A stretch of 64,000 nucleotides of DNA from Candidatus Versatilivorator sp. (GTDB lineage: Bacteria > Acidobacteriota > Terriglobia > Versatilivoradales > Versatilivoraceae): positions 1,824,001 to 1,888,000 of the forward strand of contig OZ242296.1 of NCBI GenBank assembly GCA_965207735.1, written 5' to 3'. The position numbers were made by a program, and so were the translations under genes. Shown here piece after piece: positions 30,198 to 40,210 of this stretch; within the stretch, counting starts at the first letter, position 1; every line of letters starts with the position of its first letter. A model generated the notes under the pieces. The model made no database searches. It was not told the DNA's origin and saw only the letters and a program-made list of their open reading frames with translations.

Positions 30198-31141
30198 AGT
30201 TTCCGCACCTGCAGGGCCGCGAAAAACTGCTGGAGCCTCTTGGCTTCACCGGCCTCCAAGCTGAGTGGATCACTCTGGTATGTCTCCACTCCGGACTGTT
30301 CACCCGGGACCAGGCGGAGGTGTTCTTGGGAACCAGCCAGCCCACAGCGTGGCGCTTCACTCAGCAACTGCTCGATGCGCGACTGTCTGGCCGGCCAGTA
30401 GCGGTCGCCTCTATGACTGACGGCCGCCCTATTTGCCGGATCTTCGGCAAGTCCATCTACCGGGAACTGGGAATTGCCAACGTCCGTCACCGCCGGGACT
30501 CGTCGGTTGAGGTTACCCGGCGGAGGCTTCTGTCGCTCGACTTCGTGCTCGACCATCCGGACCTGCCCTGGTTGCCCACCGAGCAGGAAAAGGTTGCCTG
30601 CTTCGAGCAGCTCGGTATTGACCCCGAACTGCTGCCGAAACGAATCTACGCCGGCCGTGCCAACGGCCGTGTCCGCTACTTCCACATCAAGATGCCCGTG
30701 GCCGTCGAGCGGGACCGGGCCGTTTTCACCTACATCGACCCCGGCATGGGAACCCGGAGTGAACTGGACTCCTGGGGAGCCGCCCACCGGCAGCTTTGGG
30801 AGAAGCTCCGAAAGTCCGGCCGCCGTGTCGAGGTCGTTGCGGTTGCATGGGAGCAGCGCCTTTTGGACCGCGCCGAGCGAGTGCTGCAATCCTGGACGGT
30901 CCGGGACATGAGTGAGGCCGAGATAGAACTTCTCACCCTTCGCCAGGCAGTCGCACAGGCCGATGTGGACACCGTTGAACGCTATGGCGGCCTTAATGCC
31001 GCCCTCAAGAAGATCAATCAGCTCGCGCAGGAAAGCCCGGTGTCAAATGGCCGCGGAATGATCGACGATTTCCTCCTCTGGGGGTCACGGCGGTGCCGCC
31101 GTATGGGTGAATACTTTACGGAGACCAGGTTATTCACGTAG
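30194..31141 (+). CDS. Hypothetical conjugation-associated protein (winged-helix-like N-terminus)
   Basis: GFT...EW..LV.LHSG.F.R.Q; RRLLSLDFVL..P...WL.TEQEKV; overlaps the virB8 stop. Confidence 0.7.
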   Translation: MKFPHLQGREKLLEPLGFTGLQAEWITLVCLHSGLFTRDQAEVFLGTSQPTAWRFTQQLLDARLSGRPVAVASMTDGRPICRIFGKSIYRELGIANVRHRRDSSVEVTRRRLLSLDFVLDHPDLPWLPTEQEKVACFEQLGIDPELLPKRIYAGRANGRVRYFHIKMPVAVERDRAVFTYIDPGMGTRSELDSWGAAHRQLWEKLRKSGRRVEVVAVAWEQRLLDRAERVLQSWTVRDMSEAEIELLTLRQAVAQADVDTVERYGGLNAALKKINQLAQESPVSNGRGMIDDFLLWGSRRCRRMGEYFTETRLFT

Positions 31142-31346
31142 ATGGTGCACACTCTTGACAACCACATTGCTTCTCTCTCAGAGGGCGGAGCACTCGCCGT
31201 TGTGGTCAGAGACTTTCACGAATCGCCGCATCAGACGCGGAACGACAAGCATTTCGCGTGTCTGATGCGACAAAGCGAAGCGAGGCTATGCCGCGCGTGT
31301 GCCCCCCTCGCTTGGCGCGGCGGCGCGCCGCACGAGAGGGGTGCTG

Positions 31347-31457
31347 GTGGTGGGAGCGACCCCCATATTTTGGCCGCTGATGCGCCACGGGGCAGGGGTA
31401 GGTTATTCATGCCTTTATTCATCCTTTTCCCCTGCCTCTGGAGGTCGCTCCCACCAC
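31347..31457. repeat. Perfect 15-bp inverted repeat (oriT or structured-element candidate)
   Basis: GTGGTGGGAGCGACC (31347-31361) / GGTCGCTCCCACCAC (31443-31457), with an inner GGCAGGGG/CCCCTGCC stem. Confidence 0.7.
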
Positions 31458-31483
31458 AGTGATCCCTTGCGGGAAGGCTGCTA

Positions 31484-33523
31484 ATGAAGACCTGGAGACA
31501 ACTCATTCTCGTCAACCTGGCCTTGGCGGCCGTGGGCCTTCGGGTGTGGCTCGATCCCTTGCCGGCCCCGGGCGAGGTCGCCCTGCTTGACCTGATTCAC
31601 GCCACCGATCCGCTCATGTACGCCATCATCGCGGCCGTCCATATCGTCACGCCAGGCCTCGCCGTTATTCTTGCCGGCCTGCTTTCCCTTTCAATCTGGC
31701 GGATATGGCTGGCCCGCTGGCTCCAGGTCGAGGCGGCTCCCCCTACCGGGAGCCTTCCGCCCTGGCCGACCACGCCACAGGATGATTCCCTTTCTCTTGT
31801 CTTCGGCGAGGTCCACCATCCCATCGAGCCGCGCGAGGCTCCCCGGCCGGAGTGGCTCGTCATTCCCGAGCGGGGCCTTTACACCGGCATTTCCATCTTC
31901 GGGGCTGTCGGCAGCGGCAAGACCAGCGCCTGCATGCATCCCTTCGCCGAGCAACTCCTGTCCTGGGCCGCCGACGATCCGCGCCGGCGGGCAGCGGCCC
32001 TGGTCCTGGAGGTCAAGGGCGACTTCTGCTACGCAGTCCAAAAGATTCTCCAGGACGCCGGCCGGGGAGACGACTACCTGGAGATCGGCCTGGGCGGTTC
32101 CTGGCAATGGAACCCCCTGGACGATCCGGACTTCGACAGCTACTCGCTCGCCTATACGGTCTCCACCCTGCTCAACCAGCTCTTCGGCAAGTCGAAGGAG
32201 CCCTTCTGGCAGCAGGCCTACACCAACCTGGTCCGCTGGACCATCGAGCTTCACCGGATCATGCCCGGCGGATGGGTGACGCTGAGAGACATTTACCGCT
32301 GCGCCATCGATCCGGATCTGCTCTCCGAAAAGATCGAGACGGCCCGCACCTTTGCCGAGTCTGCTTGTCCGTCCCAGGTGCGGATACCCTCTAGTGTCCT
32401 TTCCCTAAATGCCGCCGCGCTCAACCGATGGGATTGGCACTTCTCTGGCGAAGAAGCCGTCGTCAACTGGACGCAACAACTTCAGGACAAGCTCACCGAG
32501 CTTGAGATTGACTGGCAGCTCGAACCCGGCCGTGGCCCTGGGCAGGTGCTCGGGGAACGGCTCGACGCCGTCGAGCGTTGGTACTCGAAGGACTGGCGGA
32601 ACCTCGATGTCAAGCTCCGGACCTCCATCGTTGAAGGCGTCAGTGTCTTCCTGTCCCTGTTCGACCAGCCCGACGTGGCCGACATCTTCTGTCCGCCACC
32701 ACCTGCCAACGGCCTTCCCGCCACTGAGGAGGCGGCGCTTCCCCACGGGGAACCTCTCCCGCCCCCGCTGCCGGGCCTGAAGCGCCGCCTCCCTCCCCTC
32801 GCCGATCTTATCGAGGACGGCAAGGTGCTGGCCTTGAACATGCCCGCCGGAACCAACCCGGCCCTGGCCCGGGCCATCGGCGTCATGCTCAAGCAGGCCT
32901 GGCTCCAGGCCTTGCTCCGCCGGCCGCCCCTGATGGCCCGAAACCCGAACCGCTACTTCCGGCCGGCCGCCTTCATTTGCGACGAGTACCAGGCCTTCGC
33001 CACGGTCGGGCAGGACGACCCGGCCGGAGACGAGCAGGCCTTCGCCCGCACCCGGCAGAGCCGCTGCATTCCCATCGTGGCGACGCAGTCGATTTCTTCG
33101 CTACGCTCCGTGGTCCACGGCGGGGAGGCCTGGCGCACCTTGCTCCAGACCCTGCGGACCCGCATTTTCCTGTCCTTGAGCGACGAGGCCAGCGCCAAGA
33201 TCGCCAGCGACATGTGCGGCCAGGTGCCACGCATGAAACCCAACTACTCGATCACCGAGACCATCGACCGGGGCGGGGTCTCGCTGCTGACGGGCCGGCC
33301 CGGCGGAGGCGGCCGGACCCAGCTTGGCACCACCAAGGGATTTCGGGAAAGCCGCGAGGCCGTCTTTCACCCCCGCGACTTCACCCTGCTGTCGAACTAC
33401 CAGGCGATCTGCCTGCCCTATGACGGCCGGCAGAGCGCCGCGCCCGTGCGGGTCTACCTGAAGCCACACTACCTGCCCCGCGACCGCAGCTACTGGAGGC
33501 TGCGGGAAGAAGGACGGATATGA
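31484..33523 (+). CDS. virD4: Type IV coupling protein (VirD4/TraD-like)
   Basis: Two N-terminal TMs, GAVGSGKT, EVKGD, WNPL, ICDEYQ, ATQS. Confidence 0.9.
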   Translation: MKTWRQLILVNLALAAVGLRVWLDPLPAPGEVALLDLIHATDPLMYAIIAAVHIVTPGLAVILAGLLSLSIWRIWLARWLQVEAAPPTGSLPPWPTTPQDDSLSLVFGEVHHPIEPREAPRPEWLVIPERGLYTGISIFGAVGSGKTSACMHPFAEQLLSWAADDPRRRAAALVLEVKGDFCYAVQKILQDAGRGDDYLEIGLGGSWQWNPLDDPDFDSYSLAYTVSTLLNQLFGKSKEPFWQQAYTNLVRWTIELHRIMPGGWVTLRDIYRCAIDPDLLSEKIETARTFAESACPSQVRIPSSVLSLNAAALNRWDWHFSGEEAVVNWTQQLQDKLTELEIDWQLEPGRGPGQVLGERLDAVERWYSKDWRNLDVKLRTSIVEGVSVFLSLFDQPDVADIFCPPPPANGLPATEEAALPHGEPLPPPLPGLKRRLPPLADLIEDGKVLALNMPAGTNPALARAIGVMLKQAWLQALLRRPPLMARNPNRYFRPAAFICDEYQAFATVGQDDPAGDEQAFARTRQSRCIPIVATQSISSLRSVVHGGEAWRTLLQTLRTRIFLSLSDEASAKIASDMCGQVPRMKPNYSITETIDRGGVSLLTGRPGGGGRTQLGTTKGFRESREAVFHPRDFTLLSNYQAICLPYDGRQSAAPVRVYLKPHYLPRDRSYWRLREEGRI

Positions 33524-34518
33524 GCCACGCCAGCGGCATCGAGCATCTTCGCCCGTTTCTCCCCGGCCTCGAGTCGGTCCTTGGAGATCCGGAGATTTCC
33601 GAGGTCATGATCAACGGCCCCCACGTCGTCTGGATCGAGCGGGAGGGCCGCCTGGTTACCTGCCCGGCTCCGGATCTTGACGGCGAAGCCCTGATGCGGG
33701 CCGCCATCCAGATTTGCCGGCCCCTATCGCTCGATCCGGCCAAGGTGCCGACCATCGACGCCCGGCTGGCCGACGGCTCCCGGGTTGCGGTCTGTGTGCC
33801 GCCGGCTTCGCCCGAAGTCACCATTACGGTACGGCGCTTCGGCAACCGCAGCTTTTCGGCCGAGGATCTGGTCGAGATGGGATCCTTGCCGCCGGAGTTG
33901 CTGGAGGAAATCCGCAAGACACTCGGGAGCCGTCGCAACATCCTGGTCTCCGGAGGCACCGGCTCGGGCAAGACCACGCTGCTCAACGCCTTGATTGGGT
34001 TGCTTCCCAAGGGAGAGCGCATCATCACCATCGAGGACACCCTTGAGCTTCGCGTCGATCATGGCAACGCGGTCCGCTTCGAGGCCGGCGGGCGGGAGGA
34101 TTCCCCCGTCACGATCCGCGACCTGGTGAAGCACGCGCTCAGGCACCGCCCCGACCACATCGTTGTCGGGGAGGTCCGGGGCGCTGAGGCAGCCGACCTG
34201 CTCCAGGCCCTCAACACCGGCCACGGCGGCAGCCTCACCACGGTCCATGCCAACAACTGCGAGGGAGCCCTGCAAAGGCTGGCGAGCTGCGCCATGATGG
34301 CCGAGGGCGGCCTGCCCTGGGAAGCCGTGTGCCGCAGCGTCGTCGATGGCATTTCAATGGTGGTTCACATGACGCGCCGGGAGGGGCGGCGCTACGTCGA
34401 GGATGCCATTTCGGTCGGCAGCTACTCTCTCGACAAGAAGCGGTTTACCTGGAAGCCCATCGAGTTCGAGCTCGTGTCCGGACCAACGGCTCGGGCAACA
34501 GCGGGACTTCCCTCCTGA
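33520..34518 (+). CDS. virB11: VirB11/CpaF-family secretion ATPase
   Basis: SEVMING, DARLADGSRV, GGTGSGKTT, IEDTLEL, RPDHIVVGEVRG, NTGHGG.LTTVHAN. Confidence 0.93.
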   Translation: MSHASGIEHLRPFLPGLESVLGDPEISEVMINGPHVVWIEREGRLVTCPAPDLDGEALMRAAIQICRPLSLDPAKVPTIDARLADGSRVAVCVPPASPEVTITVRRFGNRSFSAEDLVEMGSLPPELLEEIRKTLGSRRNILVSGGTGSGKTTLLNALIGLLPKGERIITIEDTLELRVDHGNAVRFEAGGREDSPVTIRDLVKHALRHRPDHIVVGEVRGAEAADLLQALNTGHGGSLTTVHANNCEGALQRLASCAMMAEGGLPWEAVCRSVVDGISMVVHMTRREGRRYVEDAISVGSYSLDKKRFTWKPIEFELVSGPTARATAGLPS

Positions 34519-34561
34519 GAGAATGCTGAACGGCGTATTGCCAAAGCCTTCCCCATGGTGA

Positions 34562-35449
34562 TTGATGCGAGACCAAACAGCCATTCGGTTTCTCAACAGC
34601 ATGTTCGACCGGGGCGACCGCGTGGCCATTCTCGCCATCCCCCGCGCAGGTCCCGACGCCCGAATCGAGCAACGCCTGAAGCCGGCAAAGACGGCGGCCG
34701 GCAGAACCCAGGCCTGGCTCCGCCACTTGAACGCGCATCGCTACGACATCTATCTCGGCGTCAACCCCGTCCGCCAGGACTCCACGCGGCGCGAGAAAGA
34801 GGACGTTGCCGAGGTGCGCAGGCTTCAGGTGGACCTCGACGACAACGGCCCGGAGAACCTCAAGCGACTGCTCGGTGACGCCGCCCGAGGCGTGATCCCC
34901 CAGCCGCGCCACTTGCTCCGCTCCAGCAAGGACCACTATCAAGTCCTTTGGGACACCGCGCGCGGCCAGTGGAGCCCCGACCAGGCCGAGGCCGTCATGC
35001 GCAGCCTCGCCGCCCGCTACGGCGGCGATCCCGCCTGCTCTGAGGTCGCCCGCGTCATGCGCTGGCCCGGTTACCGGAACCGGAAGGAAGGCCGCGCCCA
35101 AGAGGTCGTTCGCTGGATCGACCGGGGCGGGAAGCCGGTCTCGCCCGACGACTTCCGGGCCTTGCCCGCACCCGAGATGCGCACGGCAAGGGACGGGCCC
35201 CTCGCTCCCGGCCGGGGACGCCGGCCGGCGCGGGCGCGCCCCAACCGCATCACTCAGTCGGAAAAGGACTGGGCCTGGGTCAAGGACCAACTCAAGGCCG
35301 GGGCCGACCCCCTCCAGCTCCGGGAGGAGCTCGCCCGGCGGCGGGCCGACAAGGCCAAGCCGGAGGCCTACGCCGCACTCACCGTAGAGAAGGCAATGCG
35401 AGCCGTTGCCAATGAGACCCATCAACACGAAAGGGAGATCACCCGATGA
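34562..35449 (+). CDS. RepB-family DNA primase domain protein
   Basis: WLRHLNA..YDIY.GVNP, VDLD, SS..HYQVLW, GGDP...ARVMRWPGYRN.K. Confidence 0.8.
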   Translation: MMRDQTAIRFLNSMFDRGDRVAILAIPRAGPDARIEQRLKPAKTAAGRTQAWLRHLNAHRYDIYLGVNPVRQDSTRREKEDVAEVRRLQVDLDDNGPENLKRLLGDAARGVIPQPRHLLRSSKDHYQVLWDTARGQWSPDQAEAVMRSLAARYGGDPACSEVARVMRWPGYRNRKEGRAQEVVRWIDRGGKPVSPDDFRALPAPEMRTARDGPLAPGRGRRPARARPNRITQSEKDWAWVKDQLKAGADPLQLREELARRRADKAKPEAYAALTVEKAMRAVANETHQHEREITR

Positions 35450-35637
35450 TTACCGAAACCAGAACCGAGCGTGGCAGGACCGTCTTGAGGGTCGAAACCC
35501 AGCAGGAGTTCGACCAGGCCTTCGGCCGGATGCTGGACGATCACTCCATCGACATCGAAGCTCCCCCCGAGCTGCTCGAAAGGAACGGGATCTTCGATTC
35601 GGCCGAGGAACACGGCCTGCTCGATGAGACCGACTGA
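35446..35637 (+). CDS. Small acidic hypothetical protein
   Basis: ATGA overlap with the preceding gene, RBS AAGGGAG, 63 aa, acidic. Confidence 0.55.
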   Translation: MITETRTERGRTVLRVETQQEFDQAFGRMLDDHSIDIEAPPELLERNGIFDSAEEHGLLDETD

Positions 35638-36021
35638 AGCCAGCCCAGCGGCCTGTCCTATGAGCGTGCCTGGTGAAACGAGCGCGCTCACCGGCCGGCC
35701 CCACAACAGCGGGGCTTCGCCCCTGAGAGCCACTGAGCGACGCAATGAAGCCAGTCCACGATCTTGAGACCGATCCGGTGAAAAACGAGGCCGCAGGATG
35801 CGCTGTGCCGGACTTTCGGGGGGTCCGACGACGTGGAGTACCCGGGGAATCAGGCTCTCCCGTTCGTTCCCCGGGACCCGGACAAGCCGGCCTCCACGCA
35901 TACAGCCGGTTCGGCATCGCGCATCCTCTGCGTTTGCTGATCGCCGAGGCCTCCGCGAGGCACAGATGTTGTGCCCTCGGGATGGGACTCCGAGAGGCCA
36001 TGACACCCACAAGGGGGAAAG

Positions 36022-37581
36022 ATGGGGAAACCAGACAAACATCAGGAGCGCGCCGAGCGCTATCACAAGGAGTTTGCGGCGCAGCTCATTGAGCAAGTCA
36101 AGAAGGGCACCGCGCCCTGGCAGAAGCCCTGGAAGGTTGGAGAGCGCATAGGGCCGCGCAACCTCGCCAGCGGCCGGCCCTACAGCGGCAGCAACACCCT
36201 TCGCCTGATGGCCGTGGCTGCGGATCGAGGCTATTCCGATTCCCGGTGGGCGACGTACGGACAAATCCAGGCGGCCGGCGACCAGATCCGCAAGGGCGAG
36301 CGGGGAACCCACATCCTTTCCTTCAAGACCCATCGCCGCGTTGCCGTCAAGGACGAGAAAGGCCAGCCCGTCAAGGACAAGAACGGGGAGCAGGTCTACA
36401 GGCACGAGAAACTGGCGCGGCCTTTCACCCGCATCTATACCGTCTTCAACGTCGAGCAGGCGCGCGGCCTCAAGCCCGAGCCGAAGCCGGAGGCGGGCAA
36501 GGCCTGGGAGGCCCACAAACGGGCAGAAGAAGTCATCAAGGCCTCCGGCGTCCCCGTCAAGCACGTCCAGGGAGACCGTGCCTACTACTCGCTCGGCAGC
36601 GACCAGGTTGTTCTTCCCGAAAAGAGCCAGTTTCCATCCGCCGACCACTACTACCAGACGGCGCTGCACGAGCTGGGCCACGCCAGCGGCCATCCCGACC
36701 GCCTCAACCGCGACACTCTCCAGCAGGGCCTAAACGACGGCTTCGGCTCCGAGTCCTACGCCCGGGAGGAACTGCGGGCTGAAATCAGCGCCATGATGAC
36801 CGGAGACCGGCTGGGCACCGGACACGACCCCAGCCGGGGAGCGGCCTACGTTTCAAGCTGGGTCGAAGTGTTGGACAAGAACCCCCAGGAAATCGTCAAT
36901 GCTTCGGCTGAAGCCCAGCGCATGTCCAACTACCTCATCAGCCGCACCGAGGAGCGCCAACAGGACCAGGGCGAAAAGACACAGGAAGCCGCTGTTCCCG
37001 GACAACAACAAGAGACGCAATTCCGTGTTGTCCTGGACAAGACACAGACCGCCTGGCGCGTTGAGAACGCCAGCGATCCCGGCGAGAAACTCCCCTCCTA
37101 TGCCCGGCGGGACTTCCGCAACGTCTTCGATGCCAAACAGGCGCTGAAGCGTCTTCAGCAGGACCAAGCGCGGCCCGCCTACATCGAGGAAGCCAGGCAA
37201 CGGGCAGCCGCGCGCGAGCGAGCCAACAAACCCGGCCGGCAGTATCGCACTGTCCCGGTTCCACATCGGGCGGGCGTCTACCGCATCCAGGACGCCAAAG
37301 ATCCCAGCCGGCCGGTCCCCAGCCCCTACGGAACCATGTACGCCGGCAAGGCCGCGGCCGAGAAGGCCATCGCCAGGCTCCAGCAGGACCGGAAACGAGG
37401 CACCCTGCCGGCGGAGCCCGTCCGCGCCCAGCCGGGCGTCATAGTCGAGGAAAAATCTGCGCTTCCCGGCGGCCGGCCCGCTGCCCGCGTCGCATCCCAA
37501 AATGCGGGCCCTGTCCGGGGATCCGGCCGGCCTGGCGTCCGCCAGGACCAGTTCCCCGGCCGCACAACCCCCGAGAGGTAA
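36022..37581 (+). CDS. ardC: ArdC-family anti-restriction protein (ssDNA-binding N-domain + zincin-like metallopeptidase) with C-terminal extension
   Basis: APWQKPW, N..SGRPYSG.N, W.TY.Q, RKGE.G, VFNVEQ, LHELGH, YAREELRAE. Confidence 0.9.
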   Translation: MGKPDKHQERAERYHKEFAAQLIEQVKKGTAPWQKPWKVGERIGPRNLASGRPYSGSNTLRLMAVAADRGYSDSRWATYGQIQAAGDQIRKGERGTHILSFKTHRRVAVKDEKGQPVKDKNGEQVYRHEKLARPFTRIYTVFNVEQARGLKPEPKPEAGKAWEAHKRAEEVIKASGVPVKHVQGDRAYYSLGSDQVVLPEKSQFPSADHYYQTALHELGHASGHPDRLNRDTLQQGLNDGFGSESYAREELRAEISAMMTGDRLGTGHDPSRGAAYVSSWVEVLDKNPQEIVNASAEAQRMSNYLISRTEERQQDQGEKTQEAAVPGQQQETQFRVVLDKTQTAWRVENASDPGEKLPSYARRDFRNVFDAKQALKRLQQDQARPAYIEEARQRAAARERANKPGRQYRTVPVPHRAGVYRIQDAKDPSRPVPSPYGTMYAGKAAAEKAIARLQQDRKRGTLPAEPVRAQPGVIVEEKSALPGGRPAARVASQNAGPVRGSGRPGVRQDQFPGRTTPER

Positions 37582-37584
37582 CCC

Positions 37585-38574
37585 GTGAGCCGCTGGCCCC
37601 CCAATGTTGACCCTCGCCAACCGCCGCCGCATCGGGCCGCCGTTGAACAGAGCAATGCCCAACAAAGCGGAGAGGTCGGCCAAGTCGGACAGCGGGCCAG
37701 GGAAAGAAGCAAGCAGTATGGAAAGCTTCCACGCGACCATCGCCAGGTCGATCCGCGCACCGGCCACCGCCACGAGTTGGGCCGCACACGCCACAAGGGT
37801 CGGGACATGACCGAGCGCACGCATGCCTGCCTGCAGGACGTGGGCCTTTACCGTTGCGCTTCGCACCGCGATCTGGTCGAGGCCCACTTCTCGGGCAACC
37901 GCTTCGCCGCTGCGAAAGGACTCGAACGCCTGGTCCGCTCCGGAGCCATGCGGCAACACCAGGCCCGAGGTCCCAACGGCGGCACATTCACCCTATACAC
38001 GCTAACCAAAGCGGGAGCCGCCCTGGCCCAACGCCTTGCCGTCAAGCGCGGCCTTGACCCCGGGCAACGGGCCTGGTCCGGCATGGTGAAGCCCCGCGAG
38101 GCGGCCCACGACTCCGATGTCGCCAAGGCCTGCCGCAAGGAGATCGAGGCCCTCACCGCCCAAGGAGCACGGCTGCGCCGCATCCTGATCGACGCCGAGC
38201 TGAAAGGCATCCTGGCGAAACGCAGCGAAACCGCCCGCGCCCGGCAGGGCAGAAAAGAAGCCGACCGCGCCCGGCGGAAAGCGGCCGACGAGCTGCACCT
38301 GCCCTGCGACGAGCAGGGCCACGTGCAGATCCCCGATGCTCAGATCCAGTACGTTGACGAGGCCGGCAACCTGGGCCGCGTCAACGTCGAGGTCGCTTCC
38401 GGCCACTACCGGGAGGCCAGCGTCAAGGCCAAGAGCGCCGGCGGTTTCTCGATGCACGGCGGAAAGAGCGGTCAGTCACCGAACACCCGCTCCAGCTTGT
38501 CCTCGCTGGGAGGCGGCGGAGGACGGCGCGGCGGCGGGCGAAGCAGCAGCGATCCCGCCTCAGTGGAGATCTGA
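37585..38574 (+). CDS. Winged-helix + PD-(D/E)XK-like protein (replication-relaxation / MOB_C-like relaxase candidate)
   Basis: L.DVG.YR...DL, LT..G, AHD, QIPDAQI.Y...VEVASGHY...K; start codon uncertain. Confidence 0.55.
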   Translation: MSRWPPNVDPRQPPPHRAAVEQSNAQQSGEVGQVGQRARERSKQYGKLPRDHRQVDPRTGHRHELGRTRHKGRDMTERTHACLQDVGLYRCASHRDLVEAHFSGNRFAAAKGLERLVRSGAMRQHQARGPNGGTFTLYTLTKAGAALAQRLAVKRGLDPGQRAWSGMVKPREAAHDSDVAKACRKEIEALTAQGARLRRILIDAELKGILAKRSETARARQGRKEADRARRKAADELHLPCDEQGHVQIPDAQIQYVDEAGNLGRVNVEVASGHYREASVKAKSAGGFSMHGGKSGQSPNTRSSLSSLGGGGGRRGGGRSSSDPASVEI

Positions 38575-38575
38575 C

Positions 38576-38890
38576 ATGCACCCTTGGAGGGTCAGCTTTG
38601 GCTTGACCTGCACGCTGGCCGCCCTGACCGTTCTGTTCGGCTTCGAGCGGCTGGTATATCTGAGGCCCTACGCTTCCCTGATTTGGGAACAGTACTCGGG
38701 CCTGATCCTTGCGCACCTCGTGGTGCTGTTCCTGTCGGTAGCCGCCGGCATCCACTATCTGGCCCGGCTCGTGGGCCTGGGCGATGCCGGGCGCAAGGTC
38801 GAGCAAGTTGAGCTCGCAGTCCGGCGCGGACAGGGCGATCCTGAACTGGCCGCCGCCCTGCAGCGCGACAGTGAAGGAAGATGGGAATAG
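38576..38890 (+). CDS. Small membrane protein (2 TM), hypothetical
   Basis: ATG one base after the preceding stop; two hydrophobic helices. Confidence 0.6.
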   Translation: MHPWRVSFGLTCTLAALTVLFGFERLVYLRPYASLIWEQYSGLILAHLVVLFLSVAAGIHYLARLVGLGDAGRKVEQVELAVRRGQGDPELAAALQRDSEGRWE

Positions 38891-38997
38891 GCTTTCTTGT
38901 CCGATTGCGCCGGGGCTTCCTGGTCGGAGGCCTCCCGGGCTTGGTGTGCTGCATCGGTCTCACCTGGAACCAATGAACCCACCCCGAGAGAGGACTT

Positions 38998-39240
38998 ATG
39001 GGCATCGACCCCCACCTGCGGCTCACCTGCCGAACCTTATCGCTCAACCAGCCGCTCGCCTAGATCTGGAAGCAGGTCTACGTCCGGCATGGCCCCTTCC
39101 CGAAAAGGCCGGCGACAACGTAACCGTTGAGGCCTTCCGCAAGAAGTTTCTCCGGGAACTCATGAAGATCAAGCGCGCCTGGCCCGATCTGCACTACACC
39201 ACCGAGCGAGCGATGGCGGCTCATTCTCCATCCGACACCG
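38998..39240 (+). pseudogene. Plasmid-type RepA (RepA_C-like) C-terminal remnant
   Basis: MGIDPHLRLTCRTLSLNQPLA*IWKQVY... then, after a frameshift, VEAFRKKFLRELMKIKRAWPDLHY, resembling the RepA C-terminal LDLY.WL.YR...F...F.R.L..I...WP pattern. Confidence 0.6.
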
Positions 39241-39620
39241 GGGCAGATCCCCAGGTCGAAATCCGGACGCCTACGCCTGAGTGTGCGCCTTACGCCTCCA
39301 CTGCCCTGCTGCGCTTCTCTCCTGGTGACTGCTGGGCCTCCAGCCTCGCCACTCGCTTCCCTGCCCCATCCTTCACTAGGGCCTTTGGTTGCCTCCAGCC
39401 GCTCGCCTGGCGCTTGATCCGCTGGGCCGGCGCAAGCCAGCTGCCGGAACGCTTCTGCTCGCCCAACGGGGCGTCTGTCAACATGCCCTGCCCATGCCGC
39501 CCTTGCGCGGCCCTGCACTCGGCTCCGCTTCGTCCTCCCGCTGTCGGGTTTGGCCGTTGCCGCCAGTCCCGGGTGAGCGGCAAACGCTCACAAACCCTTA
39601 ACGCTTAGGAGGAACAACAA

Positions 39621-39887
39621 ATGGCAAACCAAAGACCCACCGCAACCGTTCGGATCGGCGCTGTCAAGGCCGCGATTTGGGAAAATCAGGCTGGCGAGCG
39701 CACCCGCTACAACGTCACCTTCTCGAAGCGCTACCGAGACGCGGAAGGCCAGTGGAAGACGACGCACAGCTTCGGCCGCAAAGACCTGCTGGTTCTCGCC
39801 AAGGTCGCCGATCAGTCCCACTCCCGGATTGTCGAACTGGAGCAGGGCGAAGACACCAACGGGCAGGATGACGATGAGCCACCATAG
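39621..39887 (+). CDS. Small putative ssDNA-binding protein of mobile elements
   Basis: RBS AGGAGG; RIGAVKAAIWEN...YNVTFSKRYRD..GQWK.T.SF...DL; acidic tail. Confidence 0.75.
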   Translation: MANQRPTATVRIGAVKAAIWENQAGERTRYNVTFSKRYRDAEGQWKTTHSFGRKDLLVLAKVADQSHSRIVELEQGEDTNGQDDDEPP

Positions 39888-39893
39888 CTCGGC

Positions 39894-39923
39894 GGGCGGC
39901 GGGTACGTCCCGCCGCCCTTTTT
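39894..39923 (+). terminator. Rho-independent terminator
   Basis: GGGCGGCGGG-tacgt-CCCGCCGCCC followed by TTTTT. Confidence 0.85.
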
Positions 39924-40210
39924 CCCGTCACAACGGGACACATCCCCCGGGGGTTTCTTACTGTACCGCCCCTGATTTCGTGGACAGAAAAGATCCAGTA
40001 TTCTCAAGCGGCCGTTTGCGGTGCAAGGTGTTGACGCAACCGCAGCCTCTGGCGCCAACCGAACCGTCCCACAAACGAAACTCACGCCGGCGGCGAGAGA
40101 AGGAAAATGCTGTACTCCCGGCGGCGCGAGCTTCAAGGGCGCGGCCCGGTCGGCAAGACGGCGATCGGCGGCGTGAAACTCACAGCAAGAAAGTGTGTGT
40201 AATACGTATA

